Source: a bacterium (GTDB taxonomy: Bacteria; Sysuimicrobiota; Sysuimicrobiia; Sysuimicrobiales; Humicultoraceae). Taken from it: 64,000 nt of DNA. Below are positions 28,397 through 38,152 of the stretch, in pieces. The translations under genes and the position numbers were made by a program. The stretch covers positions 1,938-65,937 of the forward strand of contig JBGQGY010000004.1 of the NCBI GenBank assembly GCA_041497675.1. The letters are read 5' to 3'. Within the stretch, counting starts at the first letter, position 1. The number at the start of each line of letters is the position of its first letter. Under the pieces are notes generated by a model. That model was not told the DNA's origin. It was given only the letters and a program-made list of their open reading frames with translations, and searched no databases.

Positions 28397-29871
28397 CGCA
28401 CTCCCTCCTCGCGGGCCGCCGCCACCCAGGCAGGCGCCGTACCGTCGACCGGGAGCGTAAGCGTCTCTAGACTCCTGTATGCCCATGCGGCGGCGGCGAG
28501 CATCGCGATCTCGGTTGCACGCTCCGAGACCGGTCCCTGTTGCCACGCCTCAGCGAATCGTACGTCGTAGCGCCCGGCTGCAAACTCGGGCCGGTCGAGC
28601 GCCCACAGGTGGAACGGGATGGTGGTGTCCACGCCGGAAATGACGTACTCGGTCAGCGCCCTGCGCATCCGACCGATCGCCGCATCTCGCGTGGGCGCCC
28701 AGGCGATCACCTTTGACAGCAGCGGGTCGAAGTGCCGCGACACCACCTGCCCGACCCACAACCCGCTGTCGACCCTGATGCCGGGACCCGCGGGCTCTCG
28801 CGCGCCGTCGATGATACCGAGCCTGGGCAGGAACCCGCTGTGGGGATCCTCGGCGCTGATCCGGCACTCGATCGCGGCTCCGGTGCCTTGTACCTCATCT
28901 TGCGTGATCGGCAACGGCTCGCCCTCTGCGATGGCCAGTTGCGCCGCAACCAGGTCGATGCCGGTGATCATCTCGGTCACCGGATGCTCCACCTGGATGC
29001 GGGCGTTGATCTCCATGAAAAAGAAGTCCTCACCATCGATGAGGAACTCGATCGTGCCGGCGTTGCGGTACCCCAGCACGCGCGCCACCGCGACGGCGGC
29101 CTCACCCAGGGCCTGACGCAACCGGGGCGACAGCCCTGGCGCCGGCGCTTCTTCGATCAGCTTCTGGTGCCGGCGCTGCACCGAGCACGCGCGTTCCCCC
29201 AGATGCACCGTGCGGCCGTCACTGCCGGCGAGGATTTGCACCTCAACGTGTCTGGGGCCGTCGATCCACCGTTCGAGATAGACCCGGTCGTCGCCAAAAG
29301 CGCCCTGGGCCTCGCCCCGCGCCAGCGCCACGGCGCGTTCGAGTTCATCCGCCGATCGGACCAGGTGGATGCCCTTTCCCCCCCCGCCGGCGGCAGCCTT
29401 GATGAGCAGCGGAAATCCAATCGTTTCCGCCGCGCGCGGCGCGTCGTCATCCGCAATGGCCCCGGTCCCCGGGAGGATCGCTACACCCGCCGCGGCCACG
29501 GCCGCGCGCGACGCCGCTTTGTCGCCGCACCGCTCGAGTATCTCGGCCGGCGGTCCGACAAACGTGATCCCCGCCGCCGCGCAGGCGGCCGCAAACGCCG
29601 GGTTCTCGGCCAGGAATCCATAGCCGGGGTGGATGGCGTCGGCGTTGGCGCGTCGCGCCAGCCCGATCAGCGACTGGATGTTGAGATAACTCTCGGCAGG
29701 AACGTCAGCCGGCAGCGGCAGGGCGTCATCGGCCAACCGTACATGAGGAGCATTGGCGTCGATCGGAGCGTACACTGACAGCGGCGTAATGCCGAGGTCA
29801 CGGCACGCGCGGATGACGCGAACCGCGATCTCCCCACGATTCGCGATCAGCAGCCGGCGAATTCGGGGCAT
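28393..29871 (-). CDS. accC: Biotin carboxylase subunit of acetyl/propionyl-CoA carboxylase
   Basis: IRRLLIANRGEIAVRVIRACRDLGI...GYGFLAENPAFA...ATP-grasp (GGGGKGI) and the EMNARIQVEHPVTE motif. Confidence 0.9.
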   Translation of the reverse strand: MPRIRRLLIANRGEIAVRVIRACRDLGITPLSVYAPIDANAPHVRLADDALPLPADVPAESYLNIQSLIGLARRANADAIHPGYGFLAENPAFAAACAAAGITFVGPPAEILERCGDKAASRAAVAAAGVAILPGTGAIADDDAPRAAETIGFPLLIKAAAGGGGKGIHLVRSADELERAVALARGEAQGAFGDDRVYLERWIDGPRHVEVQILAGSDGRTVHLGERACSVQRRHQKLIEEAPAPGLSPRLRQALGEAAVAVARVLGYRNAGTIEFLIDGEDFFFMEINARIQVEHPVTEMITGIDLVAAQLAIAEGEPLPITQDEVQGTGAAIECRISAEDPHSGFLPRLGIIDGAREPAGPGIRVDSGLWVGQVVSRHFDPLLSKVIAWAPTRDAAIGRMRRALTEYVISGVDTTIPFHLWALDRPEFAAGRYDVRFAEAWQQGPVSERATEIAMLAAAAWAYRSLETLTLPVDGTAPAWVAAAREEGVR

Positions 29872-29880
29872 CGCCGGGCG

Positions 29881-30396
29881 TTACTCTTCCTCTTCTTCTT
29901 CTTCTTCCTCATCCGGCTCGCGGGGTCGATCGGGGCGGTAGACGAGGGCATAGCGGGCGATCTGGAATCCGACGGCCTCCCAGAAGCGCAGGCCGCGCAG
30001 ATTACCCGCCACGACGCCCGACTGAATCTCGACAGCGCCGTTGGCCTTCAACCACTCGAGCAGCGCCTCGGCCATGCGGCGGCCCATGCCTTCGCGACGG
30101 TATTCAGGGTAGATGAAGAACTCGCCGACCTGTGCGATGGTCTTAGCCTGATCGGCCCAGTGCTTCGTCATCACCACAACGGCGAACCCGACTTTGCGAG
30201 AGGCGTCGACGCCCCACCAGATGTGCCGGCGCTTCCCCTGTTCGGCGAAGAGCACTTCGAGGTAGTGGTTCAACCACGCGTCCGGCGCCGGTTCGCCGGT
30301 CGTCTCCTCACGATAGCGCCGCATCCAGTCGCGAAAGCGCGTGTCGCCCGCATCCACGGGTTCGAGCTTCAGGACCGCTCCGCTGGACGTCTTCAC
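29881..30396 (-). CDS. GNAT-family N-acetyltransferase with a C-terminal poly-glutamate tail
   Basis: Acetyl-CoA binding motif EFFIYPEYRREGMGRRMAEAL...ANGAVEIQSGV. The protein ends PDEEEEEEEEE, encoded by a (CTY)9 tract at 29884-29910. Confidence 0.7.
   Translation of the reverse strand: MKTSSGAVLKLEPVDAGDTRFRDWMRRYREETTGEPAPDAWLNHYLEVLFAEQGKRRHIWWGVDASRKVGFAVVVMTKHWADQAKTIAQVGEFFIYPEYRREGMGRRMAEALLEWLKANGAVEIQSGVVAGNLRGLRFWEAVGFQIARYALVYRPDRPREPDEEEEEEEEE
29884..29910. repeat. Trinucleotide microsatellite (CTC/CTT)9 on the plus strand = (GAG/GAA)9 in the GNAT reading frame
   Basis: ctcttcctcttcttcttcttcttcctc was read directly. It encodes the E9 C-terminal tail. Confidence 0.6.
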
Positions 30397-30441
30397 GACT
30401 GATCGGACAAGTTCAACCCCAGCCCAAGGGATTCCTCGCCC

Positions 30442-30954
30442 TTACACCCGCGTGTCTTCGAGGACCTCGCACGCGAGGACCAGGAAGTCGAGCGTCTCCA
30501 CCGGGGCGCCGTGCTGGCGAAGCATGGCCATCACCTGAGACCGATGATGCACCTCATGGTAAGAAAATTGCGTGAACACCTGCAGCGCAGATGCCCTGAC
30601 GCGAAACGTCCGGCGGCCCGGCGTCGGCACCGTGAACTCGATGCGCCGGTCCCAGTCGCGCTCGCCCTGGATGAGGTCGATCGTCCGCTGCTCCTGCGCG
30701 TGCCACGCCGACTCGAGCGCCGCGAAATCAGTCACGCGTTGCGCGGAAAACGGACGCTCACCGTCCGGACCCCCGCTGATCTGGCTCATCAGGAACCACT
30801 CGGCACCGGCCATGTGCAGGAGCGTGCGGCGAACCGACCGCAGCCCAAACGGAAACTCCTGCGCATACTGCTCCGCTGTCAGGCCGCGCACCGCATCGAG
30901 GATCCGCCGCCGGGCCGCAGTCAGATATTGAAAATGATCACTCGAGCTCAGCAT
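30442..30954 (-). CDS. DinB/YfiT-family (DinB_2) four-helix-bundle metalloprotein
   Basis: LHMAGAEWFL...YHEVHHRSQV shows the His-triad spacing typical of the DinB_2 family. Confidence 0.7.
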   Translation of the reverse strand: MLSSSDHFQYLTAARRRILDAVRGLTAEQYAQEFPFGLRSVRRTLLHMAGAEWFLMSQISGGPDGERPFSAQRVTDFAALESAWHAQEQRTIDLIQGERDWDRRIEFTVPTPGRRTFRVRASALQVFTQFSYHEVHHRSQVMAMLRQHGAPVETLDFLVLACEVLEDTRV

Positions 30955-30969
30955 GAGACCGACCTCATG

Positions 30970-32517
30970 TTACAGCGGGATGTTGCCGTGCTTGCGGCGC
31001 GGGTTGCTGGCCCGCTTACGATGGAGGACCTCGAGCGAGGCAATCAGCCGGCGGCGGGTCTCGCGCGGCGGAATCACGTCGTCAACGTATCCGCGCGAGG
31101 CGGCCACGTAGGGATTGGCAAACTGGGCGCGGTACTCGGCCACGAGTTCGCGGCGGCGGGCCTCCGGGTTGCCGGCCTCGGCGAGCTCTTTGCGAAAGAT
31201 GATATCGATGGCGCCCTCGGGCCCCATCACCGCGATTTCGGCCGTGGGCCACGCCAGGTTGAGGTCGCCGCGGATATGTTTGCTGGACATGACGTCGTAG
31301 GCGCCGCCGTAGGCCTTACGGGTGATGACGGTGAGCTTGGGCACCGTCGCCTCGCAGTACGCGTACAGGAGTTTGGCGCCGTGACGGATGATGCCGCCGT
31401 GTTCCTGCGCCACCCCGGGCAAGAATCCGGGCACGTCGACGAATGTGACGAGTGGCAGGTTGAACGCGTCGCAGAATCGTACGAACCGCGCGCCCTTCAC
31501 CGATGCGTCGATGTCCAGCACGCCGGCCAACGCCGCGGGTTGCTGTGCCAGCACGCCAACGGGCCGGCCATGCAGGCGGGCGAACCCCACGATCATATTG
31601 CGGGCAAACGCCTCGTGCACCTCGAGAAAGTCGCCGCCGTCAACCACGCGGCGGACCACCTCATGCATGTCGTATGGCTTTGTGGGGTCGTCCGGCACGA
31701 CGTCATCGAGTGCGGGATCGGCGCGGCCGGGGTCGTCCGTGGACGGGCCGCGCGGGGGTTCATCGAGGTTGTTCGATGGGAGGAATCCCAGCAAACGTCG
31801 GATCAGCAGCAGGCAGTCCTCATCGTCCGTGGCGACGAAGTGCGCGATACCGCTGCGGCTCGCGTGGACGTCGGCCCCGCCCAGGTCTTCAAACGACACG
31901 TCCTCGCGTGTCACCGTCTTGACGACCTGCGGCCCGGTCACAAACATGTACGCTGTGCCGCGCACCATGATCGTGAAGTCCGTGATCGCCGGCGAGTACA
32001 CGGCGCCCCCCGCGCACGGCCCCATGATCGCCGAAATCTGCGGGACCACGCCGCTGGCCAGCGTGTTGCGAAGGAAGATGTCGGCGTACCCGCCAAGGCT
32101 GACAACACCCTCCTGGATCCTCGCGCCACCAGAGTCATTCAACCCAATGACCGGCGTTCCGGTCCGCATGGCGAGATCCATGATCTTGCAGATCTTCTCG
32201 GCGTGTCCCTCGCCCAGCGATCCTCCCAGGACGGTAAAGTCCTGGGAGAAAACGTGCACGGGCCGGCCGTCGATGGTCCCGTGACCGGTGACGACGCCGT
32301 CCGCAGCGGCCTCCACTCGATCGAGGCCGAAGTCGCGGCTCCGCGGGGTGACGAATGGATCGATTTCGATGAACGATCCGGGGTCGAGCAGCACGTCGAG
32401 ACGCTCACGTGCCGTGAGCTTACCGCCCTCATGCTGGCGGCGCACGCGATCCGCGCCGCCCATGCCAAGAATCCGCTCACGGCGGCGACGCAGATCGTCC
32501 AGGCGGTCAGAGGACAC
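30970..32517 (-). CDS. pccB: Propionyl-CoA carboxylase beta chain / acyl-CoA carboxyltransferase
   Basis: [16 protein letters not shown]...[26 protein letters not shown]...[15 protein letters not shown]...[13 protein letters not shown], a full-length two-domain carboxyltransferase. Confidence 0.9.
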   Translation of the reverse strand: MSSDRLDDLRRRRERILGMGGADRVRRQHEGGKLTARERLDVLLDPGSFIEIDPFVTPRSRDFGLDRVEAAADGVVTGHGTIDGRPVHVFSQDFTVLGGSLGEGHAEKICKIMDLAMRTGTPVIGLNDSGGARIQEGVVSLGGYADIFLRNTLASGVVPQISAIMGPCAGGAVYSPAITDFTIMVRGTAYMFVTGPQVVKTVTREDVSFEDLGGADVHASRSGIAHFVATDDEDCLLLIRRLLGFLPSNNLDEPPRGPSTDDPGRADPALDDVVPDDPTKPYDMHEVVRRVVDGGDFLEVHEAFARNMIVGFARLHGRPVGVLAQQPAALAGVLDIDASVKGARFVRFCDAFNLPLVTFVDVPGFLPGVAQEHGGIIRHGAKLLYAYCEATVPKLTVITRKAYGGAYDVMSSKHIRGDLNLAWPTAEIAVMGPEGAIDIIFRKELAEAGNPEARRRELVAEYRAQFANPYVAASRGYVDDVIPPRETRRRLIASLEVLHRKRASNPRRKHGNIPL

Positions 32518-32535
32518 GAAGGGCTACGCGTTCAC

Positions 32536-33759
32536 CTACGACGGCGGACCAGACTCCGGCGGCAGCGGGCTGTACGGGCGGATCGCGATAATCCCGTGTT
32601 TGAACACCAGCTCGTGAATCCCGTTGACCTCAACCATCAGACAGTAGGTCCCGTATTCTCTGACGATCGCCGACGGGATCTCGTAACCGTCGCGGCATCG
32701 AATATAGACCGGCGCGCCAACGCTCACCAGCCGCCGGTAGAATGCGTCCTCCATCGACATCTTCGGCGGGGCTTTGGCCACCGTCGAGCCGTCATGACGG
32801 TACTCCTCGCGCATCACCGTGACTGCACCTCCCTGGAGTTCTGGACGAATATCGGCCATGTCTCGAATCACGTCGGCATCGGTGACCTGGGCACGCACCT
32901 GCGGTAGCGTGGCCACCCGCGGCCCCGGCGTTTGTGGTGGTGGTCCGGACTCGCGGCCGGACGACGGGGGTTCGGGTTCTCCGGTCTCGTGGCCAACGAC
33001 CTCCGAGGCGAGACTCGCAGCCGCCGGCTCCTGTCCCGGGCGGATCAACTGCTCGTAGTGGCGGCGCAACCCTTCGAACTGGAGCTGACGATCGACCCGC
33101 GCGCGCCCCGCCGGCGCGATCAGCCTGGCCGGCTTCTGGACCGCATCGAGCACGGCTTGCACCACCGCCTCGGCTTCGCTCGCGGTCACCGGTTCGGCAC
33201 CCATCTGGATCTGGCTGGCCTTGTCAGTGGTGAGGGACACGGCGACCATCGCCACCGTGGCACCCGCGAACGGTATCAGGCTCAATCCTTCCAGTGAGGG
33301 CCGAGCGCCGGAGCGTTCGAGCAATGGGCGCAGGGCCTCGATCGCCGCGAGCGCCACGGTGCGCAGCCGCTGCGCCTGACCCGGGGTCGCCTGCGCGGAT
33401 CCCGTCGTGGTCTTCTGCGCGCCTTCGCGTTCGTAGCGAAGGTCAACCACGACCCGGGTCATGGCCTCGGTGATCGTCTCTTCCAGCCGCACCAGATGGC
33501 AGTGGGGAAACGCCTCCGAACCCATCACGGGCTCGAGGTGGGCGATCTGTACTCGCCAACCTTCGATCGGCAGGTTGAACTGGCTCATCAGCGCTGAGGT
33601 GATGGCCCTGCGGATTCCCCCGTCGTCACGGCCGGATTCGGTGGTGACGTAGATGCGCTCGATCTCGCCCGCCTCGTTCGCCACCACGCGGGCCGCCGTA
33701 ACAGTGTCAAGCCGTTCGAGGAACGCTTCAATCTCTTCTGCGAAGACTTCTCGGGGCAC
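32536..33759 (-). CDS. Protein with a C-terminal Hfq-like Sm domain fused to a ~320-aa N-terminal region of unknown repeats
   Basis: The last ~60 aa, EDAFYRRLVSVGAPVYIRCRDGYEIPSAIVREYGTYCLMVEVNGIHELVFKHGIIAIRP, align residue-for-residue with the Hfq Sm1/Sm2 motifs (PVxIYLxNG...FDxFxILL...YKHAIST). The N-terminal 320 aa have realistic composition with three loosely repeated ~80-aa units and a Pro-rich linker. The real gene could instead start at the internal MSMEDAF, giving a stand-alone 62-aa Hfq. Confidence 0.6.
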   Translation of the reverse strand: MPREVFAEEIEAFLERLDTVTAARVVANEAGEIERIYVTTESGRDDGGIRRAITSALMSQFNLPIEGWRVQIAHLEPVMGSEAFPHCHLVRLEETITEAMTRVVVDLRYEREGAQKTTTGSAQATPGQAQRLRTVALAAIEALRPLLERSGARPSLEGLSLIPFAGATVAMVAVSLTTDKASQIQMGAEPVTASEAEAVVQAVLDAVQKPARLIAPAGRARVDRQLQFEGLRRHYEQLIRPGQEPAAASLASEVVGHETGEPEPPSSGRESGPPPQTPGPRVATLPQVRAQVTDADVIRDMADIRPELQGGAVTVMREEYRHDGSTVAKAPPKMSMEDAFYRRLVSVGAPVYIRCRDGYEIPSAIVREYGTYCLMVEVNGIHELVFKHGIIAIRPYSPLPPESGPPS

Positions 33760-33811
33760 GGGATGCTCCGTTTCGTTGGCTGTAAATCGAGATCATGCCA
33801 CCTGTTCTGCG

Positions 33812-35065
33812 TCAGCCCAACCCATACCTGCGGCCAAATGCCATCAGGGCGTTCTCGAAACACTCTTGTGGTGCGCGCACAAGACCCGCCCCGATGATCG
33901 GGTGCCCGGGTTCCTTGTGGGCGATGGCCGTGTCAATGATCGGCAGGATGCCGGTCCGCACGACCTTGCGGATATCGATACCCACCGGGGAGCCCTCGAA
34001 GGCAAACACGGGCATGCGATAGGTGGGACTCGCGGCGATGGTGATCTCGCGCATGTCCCGACTGTACTGGAGCGCGGCCTCGGGGGTGCCGCCAACAAGG
34101 CTCAGGATCCCCGGGGCGCCGCCGAGCACGAAGCCGCCCCACCCCACGGTCTCCGTGATCGCGGAATCCCCCATGTCGCGCCCGGCATCTTCGACCGTGT
34201 ATCCCGGGAGGTAGAGACCCTCGATCCGTGGCGAGGGTGCCGTACACCACTCGCTGCCGAGCCCGCTCACCCGGATGCCGAACTCCGTCCCATTGCGCGC
34301 CATGGCCGTGACAATGGTGCTGTACTCGATCCCGGATGCGGCGTCGGCGGCAGCCTTGCCGGACGCCATGGCCAGTGCAAGAAAAAACACCTCGTGATTA
34401 CCCAGCAGCCGCAGCGTCTGCACCAGGTGGTCCTGAGGAACCCCGGCCTCGATCATCGGCACGGCCATAGCGTTCGCAAACAGGCTGGACGCCGCTACCG
34501 AACGGTTGTGCAGTTCGTCGCCCATCTGCAGCGCCTTCGCGATGAGCGACTTCAATGCGAGCCCTCCCATCCGACGGAGGCCTGACCGGAGCGACGGCGC
34601 CCAGATGTCCCGCCACGCCCGCAGGCCGCCCAGCGCCTGGTCGCTATAGTCGCCGAATTGTTGCCGGCTCTCGACCTGCCGGCAAAACGCGCGATTGCCA
34701 TGAGCCCGGTTCTCGACAATGAAGACGGGCAGCGAACGTGTGATGGTGCCCGCCATGGGACCCACGGCCTGGTGATGGTGGTTGGGGTCAAGGCGGATGG
34801 CTCCGCGCTCGAAAAGCGCGATCGCCGCGTCGGCGGTATCGGCCCAGCCCTCAAACAACACCATCCCGATCACCGCGCCGCGCTGCGCGCCGCACATGTG
34901 CTCCCAGTCGACCGGCGGACCCGCGTGCAGGACCATACGATCCTCGAGTCCGGGGATGACCTCGCCGGCCGGCGCGATGTCGACCAGGACCGGGTCGGCC
35001 GCGTTGATGCGGCGCACCGTCTCGGCGTTGGCGGCTTCAATCCGTTGTGTGAGATCCTGCGTCAT
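33812..35065 (-). CDS. DUF1116-family protein (YlbE/AllG-like), assignment tentative
   Basis: C-terminal 417 codons of ORF 33812..36280(-) from the ATG at 35065 (verified). The rest of that ORF overlaps the downstream substrate-binding-protein gene in another frame and is rejected. It is co-oriented with, and 11 nt downstream of, the BMP transporter genes. Confidence 0.6.
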   Translation of the reverse strand: MTQDLTQRIEAANAETVRRINAADPVLVDIAPAGEVIPGLEDRMVLHAGPPVDWEHMCGAQRGAVIGMVLFEGWADTADAAIALFERGAIRLDPNHHHQAVGPMAGTITRSLPVFIVENRAHGNRAFCRQVESRQQFGDYSDQALGGLRAWRDIWAPSLRSGLRRMGGLALKSLIAKALQMGDELHNRSVAASSLFANAMAVPMIEAGVPQDHLVQTLRLLGNHEVFFLALAMASGKAAADAASGIEYSTIVTAMARNGTEFGIRVSGLGSEWCTAPSPRIEGLYLPGYTVEDAGRDMGDSAITETVGWGGFVLGGAPGILSLVGGTPEAALQYSRDMREITIAASPTYRMPVFAFEGSPVGIDIRKVVRTGILPIIDTAIAHKEPGHPIIGAGLVRAPQECFENALMAFGRRYGLG

Positions 35066-35076
35066 GATCAGGCGTC

Positions 35077-36195
35077 CTACCTCGGCTGTCCGACGACGCC
35101 CTCGGCGAGCCAGTCCATGCGGCCGATATCCTGGTTCGTCAGCACCTGCCCCGCCGCGACGCGCTCGGTGCCCCGGTTGTCCCTGATCGGCCCCTGGAAG
35201 ACGTTGAGCTGCCCGCCGATGAACGCCTGCTTGGACGCGTTGACCTTGCGAATCGCCGCCTGCGGGACGGCGGGGCCAAACGGCGCGATGGTGAGGAAGT
35301 CGCTGGCGAGGCTCCCGAAGAGCGCCTCGGACTTCCAGGTGCCGTCTATGACCTGTTTCGCGAAGCGCGTGTAGAGGTTGCCCCAGGTAAAGGCGATCCC
35401 ACTGATCCACCCTTTGGGCGCGAACTTCTGCAATCCGCTGAAGTGGTACCCGACGGACAACACGCCGCGGCGCTCGGCAATCTGCACGACGGTGATCGGT
35501 GAGTCGACGATCATGGCCAGCACGTCCACCCCCTGGTCGAGCAGCGCGTTCGCGGCCGTGGCCTCCTTGCCCGGATCGAGGAAGGTACCGGTGAAGACCA
35601 CGCGGGTCTCGAAGCGCGGGTTGATCGTGCGCGCGCCGAGATGAAACGCGTTGACGTTGGCGAGGAAGAAACTGATGGGCAGCGCGACGACGAAGCCGGC
35701 CTTCCCGGCCTTGCTCGCACTGCCGGCGGCGATACCCATCACGTAGAACGCCTCGGGGGTACTCGCCCAGTACGTGCCCAGGTTCGGCGCCAGTTTGAAG
35801 CCGCCGGGATGCACGAACTTCACGTCGGGGTACTTTCTCGCGACGTTGAGCGCAGGGTCGAGATACCCGAAGGACGCAGGGATAATGAGCTTCGCGCCCT
35901 GGCGGATCATATTCTCCATGACCCGTTCGGCGTCGGCGCCTTCGGGGACGTTCTCGACCTCGATCACCTTGACGTCGGGCAGGTTCTTCTGCAGGACTTT
36001 GATACCCTCGGCGTGAGCCTGGTTGTACCCGCCGTCGTTGACGGACCCCACGTGCAGGATGCCGACGATCAGCGCCGGCTGTGGCGCGCCCCACGCGGGC
36101 AACTGCCCCGGACCGCCTGCCCCGGCGGCGAAGAGCAGCGCGGCGCACGCGAGGATGACACCGAGCACTCGCACCGTGCGCACATGTGTCCCCAT
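35077..36195 (-). CDS. BMP-family (basic membrane protein / nucleoside-binding) ABC transporter substrate-binding protein
   Basis: Signal peptide, then ALIVGILHVGSVNDGGYNQAHAEGI...VKFVHPGG...VDSPITVV, the Bmp/PnrA/Med family pattern. Confidence 0.85.
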   Translation of the reverse strand: MGTHVRTVRVLGVILACAALLFAAGAGGPGQLPAWGAPQPALIVGILHVGSVNDGGYNQAHAEGIKVLQKNLPDVKVIEVENVPEGADAERVMENMIRQGAKLIIPASFGYLDPALNVARKYPDVKFVHPGGFKLAPNLGTYWASTPEAFYVMGIAAGSASKAGKAGFVVALPISFFLANVNAFHLGARTINPRFETRVVFTGTFLDPGKEATAANALLDQGVDVLAMIVDSPITVVQIAERRGVLSVGYHFSGLQKFAPKGWISGIAFTWGNLYTRFAKQVIDGTWKSEALFGSLASDFLTIAPFGPAVPQAAIRKVNASKQAFIGGQLNVFQGPIRDNRGTERVAAGQVLTNQDIGRMDWLAEGVVGQPR

Positions 36196-36218
36196 TTTCC
36201 CTCAGCCTCCTTGTGTTC

Positions 36219-37136
36219 TCATTCCGTGCCTTCAAACACGCGCCCCAAGCTCGCGGGAGCGGCACGCCTGCGGGCACCACCCCACAACAGCAGGACTCCG
36301 AGACTCAACAGGTATGGCAGCATGTCGAGCAGGAACGACGAGACCGGCACGCCTCGGGCCTGCATCTGCAGTTGAAAGGCGACCGCGCCCCCAAACAGGA
36401 GCGCGCCCCACAGTGCTGTCAGCGGGTGCCATGCGGAAAAGATGACCAGTGCCACCGCGATGAAGCCCCGGCCGCCCGTCATCCACTCAGCCCAGGTCTT
36501 GGCCACCCCCAGCGACAGATACGCGCCGGCGACCCCGCCCAGCAGGCCTGCGACGATGAGGGCCTGAAACTGGACCGTCGTCGGATTCACTCCGGCCGCG
36601 AACGCCGCAATAGGGCTCTCGCCGACGGCGCGCAGCCGCAGGCCCCAGCGGGTCGAGAAGAGCATCCACCAGACGACGATCGCCGTCGGGACGGCCAGGT
36701 AGACGATGATATCGTGCGCGAAGAGCATCGGTCCGATGACGGGGAGATTCGAAAGCACGGGGACTCTGAGTTGGTTGATGCCCTCGATCCGGCTGCCGAT
36801 ATAGGGCGCCCCCACGAGCGCCGACAGGCCGACGCCGCAGAACATCAGCGCGAGCCCGGCGGCCAGCTGATTTGCGCGGCGCGCTATCACCAGATACCCG
36901 AATATCATGTTGAACACCGCGCCCGCGAGCGCCCCCGCCGCGACACCCGCGCCGGCGCTGCCGGTCTGAACGGTGGCGGCGAATCCCGCCGCCGCCCCCA
37001 TCAGCATGACGCCTTCGAGGCCTAGGTTGACGATCCCCGCCCGCTCGCCGACGACCTCGCCGAGCGTCGCGTAGAAGACCGGGGTACCCGATAACACGGC
37101 CCCGAGCAGGACGCTCTCGATGAGCGACGCAGCCAC
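36219..37136 (-). CDS. ABC transporter permease (BMP/nucleoside-type, second permease)
   Basis: C-terminal 305 codons of ORF 36219..37784(-). The GTG start at 37136 overlaps the TAG of the upstream permease (TAGTG), verified. It has multiple TM helices and the branched-chain/ribose-type permease fold. Confidence 0.8.
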   Translation of the reverse strand: MAASLIESVLLGAVLSGTPVFYATLGEVVGERAGIVNLGLEGVMLMGAAAGFAATVQTGSAGAGVAAGALAGAVFNMIFGYLVIARRANQLAAGLALMFCGVGLSALVGAPYIGSRIEGINQLRVPVLSNLPVIGPMLFAHDIIVYLAVPTAIVVWWMLFSTRWGLRLRAVGESPIAAFAAGVNPTTVQFQALIVAGLLGGVAGAYLSLGVAKTWAEWMTGGRGFIAVALVIFSAWHPLTALWGALLFGGAVAFQLQMQARGVPVSSFLLDMLPYLLSLGVLLLWGGARRRAAPASLGRVFEGTE

Positions 37137-38152
37137 TACGGCCCCCTCTGGTCGCGGCGGGCGAGGACGACGAACAGGATCAAGGCCATCAAGATGTTGA
37201 CCACCGAACCCGGCAGCCGCTGGGTCATCTGCAAGATGTCCCCGCCGACCGTGATGATCGCCAGGAGGAACGCCGCGGCGACGATACCCGCCGGATGCCC
37301 CCCGGCCATCCACGAGACGAGAAAACCCGCAAAGCCGTAGCCGGGCGAGAGGCTCGGCCGCAGGCGTCCCTGGATCGCCGACACCTCGGTCATGCCGGCG
37401 ATACCGGCCAGCCCGCCGCCGATCAGCATCGCGACCACGAGATAGCGGTCGACGGCGATCCCGCAGCGCCGCGCGGCCACCGCGTTCCCGCCGATGGCGC
37501 GCATCTCCAGCCCCCACCGCGTGCGCGAGAGCGCGAACGCGTAGGCAACGAGCGCGGCGACGGCCAATGCGGCGCCGAGGTGTACGCGGGTCCCGAAGAA
37601 TGCAGGCAATTGGGCCGACGCCGCGAGCTGTGCCGTCTGCGGGTAATTCGCGCTCTCTGGATCCTTCATTGATCCAAAGACGAAGAAGCTCACCAGCAGG
37701 ATGGCCACGTAGTTGAGCAGGAGGGTCGAGATCGTCTCGCTGGCCCAGCCCTTCGCGCGCATCACGCCCGTGAGACCGGCCCACGCCCCGCCACCGACAA
37801 ATCCCAGGGCGGTGATCAGCGGCAGCAGGATCCAGGCGGCCAGCCCGGAGAAGGTCAGCGCACCCCAGGTCGCCGCGAGCGCGCCGAGGTAGAGTTGTCC
37901 TTCGCCACCCACATTGATCAGGCCGATCCTCGAGGGGATCGCCACGGCGAGCGCCGTCAGGATCAGCGGGATCATCTTCACCAGCACTTCCGAGAACCCG
38001 TAGCCGTTCGCCAGTGTGGCGGTGAAGATGTCGAGATAGGCCCGTAGGGGATTCTTCCCGGCCGCCAGCAGCACGATCGCGAAGGCCGTGAATGCGAAGC
38101 CGAAGACGAGCGCGAACTGGGTCAGTCCCGCAGGGCTAGCGCGGCGCCCCAT
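37136..38152 (-). CDS. ABC transporter permease (BMP/nucleoside-type, first permease)
   Basis: ORF 37136..38212(-) from MGRRASPAGLTQFALVFGFAF. It has eight to ten predicted TM helices. Confidence 0.8.
   Translation of the reverse strand: MGRRASPAGLTQFALVFGFAFTAFAIVLLAAGKNPLRAYLDIFTATLANGYGFSEVLVKMIPLILTALAVAIPSRIGLINVGGEGQLYLGALAATWGALTFSGLAAWILLPLITALGFVGGGAWAGLTGVMRAKGWASETISTLLLNYVAILLVSFFVFGSMKDPESANYPQTAQLAASAQLPAFFGTRVHLGAALAVAALVAYAFALSRTRWGLEMRAIGGNAVAARRCGIAVDRYLVVAMLIGGGLAGIAGMTEVSAIQGRLRPSLSPGYGFAGFLVSWMAGGHPAGIVAAAFLLAIITVGGDILQMTQRLPGSVVNILMALILFVVLARRDQRGP

Noticed and set aside
35066-36280. N-terminal 400 codons of the 822-aa ORF 33812..36280(-)
   Set aside because: This part lies in a different frame over the BMP substrate-binding-protein gene and is R/G/P-rich. 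Only the C-terminal 417 codons (from the ATG at 35065) look like a real protein.
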